Shown: positions 9,630-19,380 of the stretch, in pieces
Numbering within the stretch: position 1 is the first letter of the stretch
Layout: each line of letters starts with the position of its first letter
DNA from: an uncultured Pseudomonadota bacterium
GTDB lineage: Bacteria; Pseudomonadota; Alphaproteobacteria; Rs-D84
Reading direction: 5' to 3'
Assembly (NCBI GenBank): GCA_902781465.1
Contig: CACZJK010000003.1
Location: forward strand, 12,054 to 76,053
Length of the DNA: 64,000 bases
Translations under genes and position numbers: made by a program
The notes under the pieces: generated by a model
The model's database searches: none
Seen by the model: the letters and a program-made list of their open reading frames with translations, nothing else
What the model was told of the DNA's origin: nothing

Positions 9630-10441
9630 TGAAACTGATTTTAATGGGGACTAATAATTTTGTTGTTCCTGTATTTGACGATTTGGCAAATAAACACGAT
9701 ATTATCGCTGTGTTTACACGCGCGCCAAAGCCAATGGGTCGTAAACACATTTTAACGCCGTCGCCTGTACATACTTGGGCAGAACAACGCGGATTGCCAG
9801 TTCACACAAGCATTAAAGAATTTGACAATATATCTGAAAAACCAGATATGATAGTTGTGTTTTCTTATGGTGTTATTTTACGTGATAATGTTTTGAATGC
9901 GGCGCCTTGTGTAAATGTGCACCCAAGTTCGTTGCCAAAATATCGCGGTCCTTCACCAATAAGAACAGCGATATTAAACGGCGATACTGATATGGACGTG
10001 TGTTTGATGGCGATGACACCTGAAATGGATGCTGGCGATATTTATATGCGTGAAAATATTAAAATTGATATTAACGATACCAATGATGTTGTCGAAGGTA
10101 AGGTAAGTCAGGTTGCCATCGAAATGTTAAATAAATATATGGAAAATCCATTGACCTTTGTTGCGATGCCTCAGATTGGAGAACCTTCTTTTACACGTAA
10201 ATTTATTGGGGATGATGAAATCATAGATTGGAATAATGAACCAATCAAGATTCATAATCAGATTCGTGCGCTGGGGTGTGGAAGAACAAAAATAAATGGA
10301 ATGGATGTAAAAATTTTAGAAACCAAATTTGAAAATAACGAGATGAGAATTGTAAAAATTCAGCCATCTGGAAAAAATCCGATGGATTGGAAAAGTTTCG
10401 TTAATGGACTGCGTGGTGCAGATATCAAGTATGGAGAATAA
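9629..10441 (+). CDS. fmt: Methionyl-tRNA formyltransferase (short form)
   Basis: 270 aa. Formyltransferase core VNVHPSSLPKYRGPSPI. The start overlaps the def stop (TAATG). Classic def-fmt order. Confidence 0.85.
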   Translation: MKLILMGTNNFVVPVFDDLANKHDIIAVFTRAPKPMGRKHILTPSPVHTWAEQRGLPVHTSIKEFDNISEKPDMIVVFSYGVILRDNVLNAAPCVNVHPSSLPKYRGPSPIRTAILNGDTDMDVCLMAMTPEMDAGDIYMRENIKIDINDTNDVVEGKVSQVAIEMLNKYMENPLTFVAMPQIGEPSFTRKFIGDDEIIDWNNEPIKIHNQIRALGCGRTKINGMDVKILETKFENNEMRIVKIQPSGKNPMDWKSFVNGLRGADIKYGE

Positions 10442-10442
10442 A

Positions 10443-10607
10443 ATGGCAAACGAAAGAATTTTTTGTGCACATGGAAATGCTTTTGTTATTCCAAATGCTT
10501 ATAACAATTATGTTGAAGATACAGATAGATGCAGATATGTAAGTGACAGAACATTTTCTGTGTGTAAAAAATGCTGTATGGTTTTAAGATCTTCAAGAGT
10601 AAGATAA
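10443..10607 (+). CDS. Small Cys-rich hypothetical protein (54 aa)
   Basis: The ATG at 10443 comes 1 nt after the fmt stop. MANERIFCAHGN...CRYVSDRTFSVCKKCCMVL. No family recognised; coding status uncertain. Confidence 0.35.
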   Translation: MANERIFCAHGNAFVIPNAYNNYVEDTDRCRYVSDRTFSVCKKCCMVLRSSRVR

Positions 10608-10618
10608 AGGGGTTAATC

Positions 10619-10924
10619 ATGGTAAATTATACAGCGGAAAGCAAAAGCAAAGCAGTGCATCACGATAATTATATTCCGAATGTTTTGGAAAAAAATCAAA
10701 CACATTGTGTGACTTGTTGGGCGTGTATTTTTTGTGGAAAAAATGTTAAAATACCTGTTTTAAAGGATAAAATGCTTTGTGCAAAATATATAGACGAAGT
10801 TGCAAATGTTAAAGGGGCCGGAACTTGTGACAGTGGCAGATCCCGTTTTAATAAATTGAATTTTGTTAACCCAATAAAAAAATGGTTGTTGGAAGAGACT
10901 GGTTTCAATTTCAAAGCAAGATAA
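10619..10924 (+). CDS. Small Cys-rich hypothetical protein (101 aa), zinc-ribbon-like
   Basis: ATG at 10619 preceded by AAAGGGG. CVTCWACIFCG cluster plus three more Cys. No family recognised. Confidence 0.45.
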   Translation: MVNYTAESKSKAVHHDNYIPNVLEKNQTHCVTCWACIFCGKNVKIPVLKDKMLCAKYIDEVANVKGAGTCDSGRSRFNKLNFVNPIKKWLLEETGFNFKAR

Positions 10925-10929
10925 ATCTA

Positions 10930-11676
10930 ATGGCTCGCTATAAAATAAATATTGAATACGATGGAACTGATTTAATTGGTTGGCAAGAAAACCAACAGGG
11001 GCCGTCTGTGCAATCGTTGTTGCAAGATTCAATATTTAAATTTTGTGGGGAAAAAGTTGATGTTTATGGCGCAGGTCGTACTGATGCTGGTGTTCATGCA
11101 ATAAATATGGTTGCGCATTTCGATTTAGAAAAAGATCAAAATCCTGAAACAGTTATGCGTGCTATGAATTTTTATTTAGTGAACAGTCCTGTTGCGGTTT
11201 TGAATTGTGAAAAAGTTGATGATGATTTTCATGCGCGTTTTTCTTGTGTAAAAAGACATTATAAATATGTTGTATTAAATCGTTCTGCGCCGGTTGTTTT
11301 AAATAAAAATCGTGTTTGGTGGGTGCCACAAAAACTTGATTTAGAAAAAATGAAATTGGCCGCCCAAAAATTAATCGGACAACACGATTTTACTTCTTTT
11401 CGTTCTGTTCAATGTCAATCTAAAAGTCCTGTTAAGACTTTGGATGAATGCAAGATAACAAAAAACGGTGATGAAATAATTTTTGAATTTTCTGCGCGTT
11501 CTTTTTTGCATCACCAGGTTCGCAATATGGTTGGAACTTTGGTTGAAATTGGTATGGGTAAAGATTTAGATATAGATAAAATATTTGCTGCAAAAAACCG
11601 TAGTGCTGCGGGTGTCAATTCTCCTGCATCTGGTCTGTTTTTTGTAAAGGCTGATTATGCCACGGACGTTGATTGA
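10930..11676 (+). CDS. truA: tRNA pseudouridine(38-40) synthase TruA
   Basis: MARYKINIEYDGTDLIGWQ start; catalytic motif GAGRTDAGVHA. The track ORF 10882 carries a non-homologous N-extension. Confidence 0.92.
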   Translation: MARYKINIEYDGTDLIGWQENQQGPSVQSLLQDSIFKFCGEKVDVYGAGRTDAGVHAINMVAHFDLEKDQNPETVMRAMNFYLVNSPVAVLNCEKVDDDFHARFSCVKRHYKYVVLNRSAPVVLNKNRVWWVPQKLDLEKMKLAAQKLIGQHDFTSFRSVQCQSKSPVKTLDECKITKNGDEIIFEFSARSFLHHQVRNMVGTLVEIGMGKDLDIDKIFAAKNRSAAGVNSPASGLFFVKADYATDVD

Positions 11677-13600
11677 TAATTTCTGTTATTTTTCCGTTTT
11701 CATAAATCATCAATCCATTTTGTAATATTTTACCATGACAATTTGGTGATTGTGTTTCAAAAGTTGTGACAATATAATCGATGTCTTTGTCACCGCATAC
11801 TTTTTCAATATTGTTTAACATAGCGGTAAATGTTTGCATATATGCTAAATTCCAATTTTTGGTTTTATATGTACAAAAGCCCTTGTTGCATTTGTACCTT
11901 TTGTTTTTAATTGGTTGTTGTTCGTTATTGTATTTATACCAAGAATTAAATGCGAAATAATGTTTTGATGCGCGGGCTTTGTTGAATTCTAATTTTCCGT
12001 TCACATTAAAAGCGACCAATTCATGATCTGTTGTTGCGTAAAACAAAGGTTTGCTGTGATTGGCATAAATTATGATTGCGCCAGATATAAATATGAAACA
12101 CAAAACATAATTTATATTTTTGATAAAGAAATTTTTTGAAACTGGTTTTATTGTTAATATCAAAACCAAAAATCCGATGATGGTTAATAATAAAACCAGA
12201 TTTGAAACATGTGGCACAGATATGTTTGAATACGGTAATTCAGATATATGTGTTGCGATTGATAAAGCAAAATCATAAATGTTATTTGTAATGTTTAAAA
12301 TGTAATGATTTCCAAATAATGCTGTAATTGTTCCGATTATAACCATTGGCATAATTGCAAATGAAAATATCGGTAAAAGAATTATGTTGCCAATTAAACT
12401 GTAAAGTGGAATATAGCCAAAGTGGGCGACTATAAACGGCAAAGTAAATATTGTGGCAACAAGTGCAGACATCAAAGAAATATATATGTAATGAAGTATT
12501 CGTTCCATAAATGTTCTTTTTATATATTCTTTGTTATCTAAAAACCAAATCAATCCGAATATTGCAGCAAAAGATAATTGAAATCCTGCGTTCATTATTG
12601 AATAAGGATTTATCATAAATATTATTAAAAATGCCAGTGCGGCATTGCGTAAAGATAAAACTCCACGTCCAAGTATTGTTGCAATGAATATAAGTGTTGC
12701 CATTAAAAACGCACGCAATGTTGCAACGCTGATTCCTGATATACATAAATATAAAATCAATCCAAACCAGGCACAAATGATTGCCGGATATTTTGCCGGA
12801 ATTCGTTTTGATATATAAGATATGGAACGAAATATTAAATAAAAGAACGCAAACAACCAGCCACCAATTAAAGTCATATGAAAACCACTGATTGACCAAA
12901 CGTGCCCAACGCCAACAGATTTCCAAATTATGTTATCTTTTTCGGGTATAGCCTTTTTATAACCCAAAACCAAAGAATCGGTTAATACAGAATTTGCGTT
13001 GTCGTGAATAAAAGTTCTTGTGTTCCCAGACGAATTATGTTTTTCAATTTTATAATCTTTGAAAAAGCCTGTGCCAGATATTTTATTGAAATATGCCCAA
13101 CGCGCAAAATCAAAGGATGAAGGTGTGTACTTTGCAGATGGATGAAAAACAAGCAAGTCGCCTTTTATAATATCGCCTATGTCTGGTATTTCTTTGTTTG
13201 AATCAACAGATACACGAATGTTCAAATTTTTATTTGGTAAATCTTTATCGATTTGTTGCGAATTTATTTTTAATAAAATGCGTGTTGAATCATTAGTAAA
13301 GTCGATATCTTTTACTGTTCCGTTGACAGCAACAAACCCGAAAGAATCTTTGATTTGAGGGGTGCCTGTTATTTGCGTAAAAGACATTGCATAAAAGAAC
13401 CCGAACATAAATAAAGCAATTATGCGAACAAAAATACTTTTATATTTATAAATAATTACACCAAGCAAGATGGTTATAATAATTGGGAATTGAAAGTTTG
13501 GCTCAATACCCAACGAAAAATAAACCGCTGCACCAAACGCCATAATAAATGGCACCCAAAGAAACATATTTTTATATTGATATTGCAGGATTTCTTTCAT
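11615..13600 (-). CDS. comEC: ComEC/Rec2-family DNA internalisation channel protein
   Basis: 661-aa polytopic membrane protein with the ComEC core (WSISGFHMTLIGGW...GISVATLRAF). No metallo-beta-lactamase domain is evident. The 3' end overlaps truA by 62 nt (convergent). Confidence 0.8.
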   Translation of the reverse strand: MKEILQYQYKNMFLWVPFIMAFGAAVYFSLGIEPNFQFPIIITILLGVIIYKYKSIFVRIIALFMFGFFYAMSFTQITGTPQIKDSFGFVAVNGTVKDIDFTNDSTRILLKINSQQIDKDLPNKNLNIRVSVDSNKEIPDIGDIIKGDLLVFHPSAKYTPSSFDFARWAYFNKISGTGFFKDYKIEKHNSSGNTRTFIHDNANSVLTDSLVLGYKKAIPEKDNIIWKSVGVGHVWSISGFHMTLIGGWLFAFFYLIFRSISYISKRIPAKYPAIICAWFGLILYLCISGISVATLRAFLMATLIFIATILGRGVLSLRNAALAFLIIFMINPYSIMNAGFQLSFAAIFGLIWFLDNKEYIKRTFMERILHYIYISLMSALVATIFTLPFIVAHFGYIPLYSLIGNIILLPIFSFAIMPMVIIGTITALFGNHYILNITNNIYDFALSIATHISELPYSNISVPHVSNLVLLLTIIGFLVLILTIKPVSKNFFIKNINYVLCFIFISGAIIIYANHSKPLFYATTDHELVAFNVNGKLEFNKARASKHYFAFNSWYKYNNEQQPIKNKRYKCNKGFCTYKTKNWNLAYMQTFTAMLNNIEKVCGDKDIDYIVTTFETQSPNCHGKILQNGLMIYENGKITEIINQRPWHNQPLQKTDQMQEN

Positions 13601-13679
13601 ATTTCAATTATAGGATTTTATTTACTTGACGCGCAACCAATAATTTTTGTATGTTTACTAAGCATAAGGAGAAAAGCTT

Positions 13680-15248
13680 ATGCCAAGATATATTTTTGTT
13701 ACTGGCGGGGTTGTATCAAGTTTAGGAAAGGGCGTTTCAGCGGCATCGTTGGGCGCCCTTCTTCAATCCCGTGGATATAGTGTTCATGTTCGTAAATTTG
13801 ACCCGTATTTGAATATAGATCCGGGGACAATGTCGCCTTTGCAACATGGGGAAGTTTATGTCACAAATGATGGTTTTGAAACAGACCTGGATTTGGGTTA
13901 TTACGAAAGATTCCTGGGAATAAAATTATCGCGTAATGATTCTTGTTCTGGTGGCCGTATTTATTGGGAAGTTTTAAATGCAGAACGTCGTGGTGATTAT
14001 TTAGGGGCAACGGTTCAAATGATTCCGCATGTTTCAAATAAAATCAAAGAACATATTGCGATTCCATCAGATACTGATTTTGTAATTTGTGAAATCGGTG
14101 GAACCGTTGGGGATATAGAGCAAAAAATCTTTTTAGAATCAATACGTCAATTTGCAAATGATATAGGACGCAGAAATGTGATGTTTGTTCATTTGGCTTT
14201 GGCACCTTATTTGGAACAAAGTGGTGAATTAAAGACTAAGCCAACCCAAATGTCTGTGCGCAGATTATTGGAAAACGGAATTCAGGCGGATATGTTATTC
14301 GTGCGTTCGCCACGTATGTTGACCAATGAAGAGCGTGCTAAAATCGGTATGTTCTGTAATTTGCCGGCGAAAAATGTTATAACCAGTATGAATGTTGATA
14401 ATATTTACAAGATACCTTTGGTTTATGACGAACAAGATGTGTTTTCTATAATGGCGGAACACTTTGGTTTGCCAAATGCGATTGGCGATATGTCTAAATT
14501 CAAAAAGATAGAACATCATTTAAATGCTGATTTGCCAGTATGTACTATTGGCGTTGTGGGCAAATATTTTGATGTTGCTGATGCTTATAAATCTTTGAAC
14601 GAAGCATTGTTCCACGCCAGTGTTCAAAACAATGTGCATTTGAAAATCAAAAAAATAGATGCAGAACATTTTACACCGGAAGATTGTGCAGATGTTGATG
14701 GTATTTTAATACCTGGTGGTTTTGGAACACGTGGCGTTGATGGAAAAATAGCCGCTGCACAATATGCACGTGAAAATAATATTCCATTTATGGGTATATG
14801 TTTGGGAATGCAGGTCGCAGTTATTGAATTTATGCGTAATGTTGTTGGCGATAAAAACGCTAATTCAACAGAGTTCACTAAAAATTGTACACCTGTTATC
14901 GATATTATGTCCGAATGTGATAAAGAAAACATGGGCGGAACACTTCGTTTGGGCGCATATCCATGTGAAATCAAGCCGGGGACTTTGGCAGAAAAAATCT
15001 ATGGCAAAACAGAGATTTCAGAACGTCATCGCCACAGATACGAAGTGAATATTGCCTATAAAGATGCTTTGGAAAAGGCGGGTATGATAATATCTGGAAT
15101 TTCGCCAGATGGTAAATTGCCAGAAATGATTGAAATCCCATCACATCCTTTCTTTATTGCGGGACAATTCCATCCGGAATTTCAAAGCAGTCCTTTCACA
15201 GGGCATCCAATGTTCAATGCCTTTATTGCGGCATCAAAAAGAAAGTAA
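13680..15248 (+). CDS. pyrG: CTP synthase
   Basis: 522 aa. MPRYIFVTGGVVSSLGKG N-terminus; glutamine amidotransferase triad region GICLGMQ...HRHRYEVN. Confidence 0.97.
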   Translation: MPRYIFVTGGVVSSLGKGVSAASLGALLQSRGYSVHVRKFDPYLNIDPGTMSPLQHGEVYVTNDGFETDLDLGYYERFLGIKLSRNDSCSGGRIYWEVLNAERRGDYLGATVQMIPHVSNKIKEHIAIPSDTDFVICEIGGTVGDIEQKIFLESIRQFANDIGRRNVMFVHLALAPYLEQSGELKTKPTQMSVRRLLENGIQADMLFVRSPRMLTNEERAKIGMFCNLPAKNVITSMNVDNIYKIPLVYDEQDVFSIMAEHFGLPNAIGDMSKFKKIEHHLNADLPVCTIGVVGKYFDVADAYKSLNEALFHASVQNNVHLKIKKIDAEHFTPEDCADVDGILIPGGFGTRGVDGKIAAAQYARENNIPFMGICLGMQVAVIEFMRNVVGDKNANSTEFTKNCTPVIDIMSECDKENMGGTLRLGAYPCEIKPGTLAEKIYGKTEISERHRHRYEVNIAYKDALEKAGMIISGISPDGKLPEMIEIPSHPFFIAGQFHPEFQSSPFTGHPMFNAFIAASKRK

Positions 15249-15250
15249 AA

Positions 15251-15565
15251 TTATTTTCCGAAAATAAAATCAGGATTAGATGATATTGATATAATTGTAT
15301 CGATATCATCGTTTTCTGATGTGTGCTGATTTATAGTTTTTCCACACTTTTCACATTTGTGAGTAATTATGTATCCGTCTTTATCTGGTTTGACAGATAT
15401 TGGCCGCATCATTCCGCCGCAATCAGACATTCTGTCACCCGGGTTATTATCAACGTGACGTGACCATAAACATTTTGGACAATGATTTGTATAACCATTA
15501 CCTAAAACGTCTGCGCCACAATGGGCGCAGGTAAAGTTTTCAATACGTTTTGTAAATTTCTTCAT
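15251..15565 (-). CDS. RNHCP-type zinc-ribbon domain protein
   Basis: 104 aa. CAHC...TNHCPKC...CEKC cysteine pairs matching the RNHCP domain pattern. The start overlaps the upstream stop (TAATG). Confidence 0.7.
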   Translation of the reverse strand: MKKFTKRIENFTCAHCGADVLGNGYTNHCPKCLWSRHVDNNPGDRMSDCGGMMRPISVKPDKDGYIITHKCEKCGKTINQHTSENDDIDTIISISSNPDFIFGK

Positions 15566-15813
15566 TACAGCCCCAATGCATCACGATACATTTTTGTTAA
15601 TTCATCGGCTTCGTCTAATTCATCTGGGTCCAATTTACGCAAACGTATCATTTGGCGAATATATTTAGGATCATATCCAGCAGATTTCGCTTCGCTGTAG
15701 ACTTCTTTGATGTCCGCAGCAATAGCAGCAGTGTCTTCGTTTAATTTTTCAATACGTTCGATGATACTTTTTAATTGGGCGTTATCAATTGCACCATGAT
15801 TTGCGTTTTTCAT
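15565..15813 (-). CDS. UPF0335/DUF2312 family protein
   Basis: Internal ATG at 15813 (MKNANHG...). LKSIIERIEKLNEDTAAIAADIKEVYSEAKSAGYDPKYIRQMIRLRK is the DUF2312 signature, which is typical of alphaproteobacteria. Confidence 0.75.
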   Translation of the reverse strand: MKNANHGAIDNAQLKSIIERIEKLNEDTAAIAADIKEVYSEAKSAGYDPKYIRQMIRLRKLDPDELDEADELTKMYRDALGL

Positions 15814-15897
15814 ATTATCCCTCTTGTTTTTTGTATAATCTATATGATATATTATCAATCAGAAAAATCAAATATTTTAATAAAGCAGGAGAGAACC

Positions 15898-17268
15898 TTG
15901 ACCAGATATACGAAAATCACAGCATCTATTGGACCAAATTGCGAAACCCGTGAAGTTTTAACCAAGATGATAAAGGCGGGCGTTAATGTTTGTCGTCTTA
16001 ATTTCAGCCATGATACAGGTGATGTCCAAGGTGCCAAGATAGATTTAATACGTAATATTTCTGATGAATTGAATATGCCTGTGGCAATTTTGATTGATAT
16101 TCAAGGGCCAAAGCACAGAATTGGTAATTTCGAAACTGAAAATCATTATCCATTAAAAATAGGGCAAAAGTTTGTTCTTGATTCTGATCCAACGCCTGGT
16201 AATGAAAATCGTGTTCAATTACCAGATAATGATGTTATGAAATCACTTAATGTCGGCGACAGGGTTTTGTTAAATGATGGCAAGATAGAATTAAAAGTTG
16301 ATGCAGTGTTTGATGATAAAATCGAAACAACTGTGGTTCGTGGCGATGAAATTTGGTCGCGTCGTGGATTTAATTTGCCTGATACAGATATTGACACAGA
16401 AATTTTAACTGCAAAAGACAAGGCTGATCTTGAATATGCCATAACTAAAAAGCCAGATTATGTTGCATTATCTTTTGTTCAACGCGCAGAAGATGTTGCC
16501 TTTGTTCGTGATTTTATAAGTGCGCGAACATCACATCCAATTAAAATTATCGCAAAAATTGAAAGACCAAACGCTGTGGAACGTATAATTGATATTGCCA
16601 ATGCTGCGGATGGTATTATGATTGCGCGTGGTGATTTGGCGGTTGAATTACCTTTTGAAATGGTGCCGGCTGTATCGCGTCGTATTATTCGTGAATGTCG
16701 TAAATTAAATCGTCCGGTTATTATGGCAACGCAAATGTTATCAAGTATGGTACACAGTGAATTTCCAACGCGTGCAGAAATATCAGACGTTGCAAATGCT
16801 GCCTATTTAAGAACTGATTCAACAATGACATCCGAAGAAACTACAATCGGTGATAATCCGGTTAATGTTATTGAAACAATGAACAAGATTTTATCTTATT
16901 CAGATATGGATGCAATCGCGAATCCATTTGATTGGTCGCGCATAGATAATGTGCCAGAAAACGATTGGTCGCGTTCAGTATCTTCTATGGCTTATTTGAA
17001 TAAAGCGGTTGCCATAGTCGTTTTTGCTCGTGATACTGAAATTGCAACACAAATTGCGTGTCGTCGTCCAGATATTCCAATTATCGCGGTATGTGGGGAT
17101 AAAACGGTTGCAAATCAATTAAGTTTGATTCGTGGAATATTCCCGATTTGTGATGAATGTTTGTTCGGTCAAAGATTGGCATTTGAATCTGTTCGTAAAT
17201 TCGGTATAGGAATTGGTAAATTGGTCATAGTTGACGATGACAAGATAAGTTTGCGAACATTAGATTAA
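15898..17268 (+). CDS. pyk: Pyruvate kinase
   Basis: TTG at 15898 lies 6-7 nt after GGAGAG and gives LTRYTKITASIGP, the canonical PK N-terminus. Also MPVAILIDIQGPKHR and MIARGDLAVELP motifs. The track ORF 15775 adds an implausible N-extension that overlaps the divergent gene. Confidence 0.9.
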   Translation: MTRYTKITASIGPNCETREVLTKMIKAGVNVCRLNFSHDTGDVQGAKIDLIRNISDELNMPVAILIDIQGPKHRIGNFETENHYPLKIGQKFVLDSDPTPGNENRVQLPDNDVMKSLNVGDRVLLNDGKIELKVDAVFDDKIETTVVRGDEIWSRRGFNLPDTDIDTEILTAKDKADLEYAITKKPDYVALSFVQRAEDVAFVRDFISARTSHPIKIIAKIERPNAVERIIDIANAADGIMIARGDLAVELPFEMVPAVSRRIIRECRKLNRPVIMATQMLSSMVHSEFPTRAEISDVANAAYLRTDSTMTSEETTIGDNPVNVIETMNKILSYSDMDAIANPFDWSRIDNVPENDWSRSVSSMAYLNKAVAIVVFARDTEIATQIACRRPDIPIIAVCGDKTVANQLSLIRGIFPICDECLFGQRLAFESVRKFGIGIGKLVIVDDDKISLRTLD

Positions 17269-17272
17269 AAAT

Positions 17273-17300
17273 AAAAGGTTGAATTTTTATTCAACCTTTT
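17273..17300. terminator. Bidirectional rho-independent terminator
   Basis: AAAAGGTTGAA (17273-17283) pairs with TTCAACCTTTT (17290-17300). Flanked by A/T runs, between convergent pyk and the 81-aa ORF. Confidence 0.7.
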
Positions 17301-17544
17301 ATTTTTGTCTGTTTTTTAAATTTTTTATATATTGATCAAGCTTTCTGGCGCTTTGATAGCATTTGTATCCGCTGCCTAAGGCGATTGATGCTGTAAGCAA
17401 AATTAAAGCGGCCCTGAACCATTCTGGTGTAACAGATGTATCACAGATAGTTCCAGTTGTGCTGACCGATGATGCACCACATAACATAGACCACAAAGCA
17501 GGTTCCCATACGTTAGGTGTTTGTTTTAAAGTATTTTTCATATT
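17299..17544 (-). CDS. Small hypothetical membrane protein (81 aa)
   Basis: ATG at 17544 preceded by AAAGGAAAA. Hydrophobic stretches ALWSMLCGASSV and FRAALILLTASIALGSG. Confidence 0.45.
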   Translation of the reverse strand, partial: NMKNTLKQTPNVWEPALWSMLCGASSVSTTGTICDTSVTPEWFRAALILLTASIALGSGYKCYQSARKLDQYIKNLKNRQK

Positions 17545-17643
17545 TGTTTTTCCTTTTATCTTGTTGTTTTTATACTTTAAAACATTAAAGATGTCAAAAT
17601 AATTATTGACCAAAATATAGTATTTTTACTATGATTTCCTATT

Positions 17644-18777
17644 ATGAAGAGAGTTTTATCATTTATTTTATCATTGTGTTTGTTTGCTGGTGTTGCCAAT
17701 GCGGCACAATACAAAGCGGTTTTGGTTGCGGATATTGATTCTGGCAAGGTTTTATATCAAGAAAATGCAAATGAATTGAATTATCCGGCGTCTTTAACCA
17801 AAATAATGACTTTGTATTTGACATTTGATGCGCTGGAACATAACAGATTACATTTGGATGATTATTTAATTGTATCGAATTATGCGGCGGCGGCCCAGCC
17901 TGTGAAATTAGGGCTTGCCGCGGGCAGCAAGATAAAAGTCGAAGATGCAATCAAAGCGGTCGCGGTTCATTCTGCAAATGATGTTGCGCGAGTATTGGCC
18001 GAAAATCTGAAAGGTGGTAAAGAGGGGAATTTTGCAAACCTGATGACACGTGTTGCAAATGAAATAGGGTTGCAACATACGAATTTTGAAAATTCGTCTG
18101 GTTTGCCTAATGATGATCATATGTCAACCGCGCGTGATATAGCGTTGCTTTCCATGGCTGTGTATAAGCATTTTCCACAGTATTGGAAATATTTTGGAAT
18201 TAAATCGTGGACTTATGAAGGCAAAACTTATACCAATGGAAACAGGTTGTTGGGGGTGTATCCGGGCTGTGATGGTATGAAAACAGGTTTTACAAATAAA
18301 TCAAAGTATTCATTGGTTGCGACTGCTGCGCGCGATGGACATCATTTGATAGCTGTTGTTTTGGGGGCTGAAAACAAAGATGTTCGCGCAAGTGTAGCTA
18401 CTAAAATGTTAAACCTTGGTTTTTCAAAGGTTGGAATTTCGAATAATACTTATACCGTACCACAAACAACAAATACTGTTATGGCAACAAATGCAAACCC
18501 AATTGCAAAATATGCAACTGATAAAAAGCCTGTGCAAACAAGTAAGCCTGTTGTGTCTGTGGGTGGCGTTGGTGTTCAATTTGGTGCATTTTCAAGTTAT
18601 GCATCCGCACAAAGTCAGGTAAAAAAAGTAAAGTCTGCAACAGGGTTAAATGCTGAAATTCAACAAAATGAAAGCGGTCTTTATCGTGTGCGCGTCAGTG
18701 GGTTGTCAGAAAGTGCTGCGCAAAATGCTAAAAATGCAGCGGTTGCAAATGGTATAGATTGTTATATATTTCATTAA
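17644..18777 (+). CDS. D-alanyl-D-alanine carboxypeptidase (PBP5/6 class) with C-terminal SPOR domain
   Basis: Signal peptide; SxxK (SLTK), SxN (SAN) and KTG (KTGFT) motifs. The C-terminal ~70 aa (VGVQFGAFSSYASAQ...LYRVRVSGLSESAAQNAK) look SPOR-like. Confidence 0.9.
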   Translation: MKRVLSFILSLCLFAGVANAAQYKAVLVADIDSGKVLYQENANELNYPASLTKIMTLYLTFDALEHNRLHLDDYLIVSNYAAAAQPVKLGLAAGSKIKVEDAIKAVAVHSANDVARVLAENLKGGKEGNFANLMTRVANEIGLQHTNFENSSGLPNDDHMSTARDIALLSMAVYKHFPQYWKYFGIKSWTYEGKTYTNGNRLLGVYPGCDGMKTGFTNKSKYSLVATAARDGHHLIAVVLGAENKDVRASVATKMLNLGFSKVGISNNTYTVPQTTNTVMATNANPIAKYATDKKPVQTSKPVVSVGGVGVQFGAFSSYASAQSQVKKVKSATGLNAEIQQNESGLYRVRVSGLSESAAQNAKNAAVANGIDCYIFH

Positions 18778-18789
18778 AGACGTGTAAAT

Positions 18790-19380
18790 ATGAATATTAA
18801 AATAGAAAAACTTATAAAACAATTTGCAAAACTGCCACGTGTTGGAACACGTGCAGCTACGCGTATAGTCATCGGTTTATTACAGGATAAAACTGGTCGC
18901 GCTGAATCTTTGGCAAATGCTTTATTAGATGCGGCAACATCAATTCGTCCTTGCTCTGTTTGTGGTGTGCTGACAGATGGTGAAGTTTGTGAATATTGCG
19001 CAGATACAACCCGTAAAAATGGACAGTTGTGCATAGTGCGCGATTTATCTGATGTTTTGGTGCTTGAAAAATCAGGTGTTTTTCATGGGCGTTATCATGT
19101 GTTGGGTGCTATGTTGTCTGGTGTAAATGGAATTACACCCCAGGATTTGAATATCGCGAATTTATCAAATCGAATCAAAAATGAAAATATCGAAGAAATC
19201 ATCTTTGCTTTGCCAAATACAGTCGAAGGAAAAACAACCCAGCAATATATAATTTCATCAATTGGTAATATGGGCGTATCTTTTTCTGAATTGGCATCAG
19301 GGGTGCCGCTCGGGGGCGATTTAGATTATATTGATGATGGAACTTTAACATTGGCATTTGGTGGACGTAAAAAATTATGA
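18790..19380 (+). CDS. recR: Recombination protein RecR
   Basis: 196 aa. LPRVGTRAATR HhH, CSVCGVLTDGEVCEYC zinc finger, Toprim region. Confidence 0.95.
   Translation: MNIKIEKLIKQFAKLPRVGTRAATRIVIGLLQDKTGRAESLANALLDAATSIRPCSVCGVLTDGEVCEYCADTTRKNGQLCIVRDLSDVLVLEKSGVFHGRYHVLGAMLSGVNGITPQDLNIANLSNRIKNENIEEIIFALPNTVEGKTTQQYIISSIGNMGVSFSELASGVPLGGDLDYIDDGTLTLAFGGRKKL

Noticed and set aside
11615-11676. 62-nt convergent overlap of the truA and comEC 3' ends.
   Set aside because: Both reading frames are intact and both proteins are recognisable to near their ends. The overlap is plausible in a compact genome and is not evidence of a special element, though the true comEC stop could be checked by homology.
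15775-15897. N-terminal extension of pyruvate kinase.
   Set aside because: It is hydrophobic junk overlapping the divergent DUF2312 gene. The TTG at 15898 with GGAGAG gives the canonical PK N-terminus.
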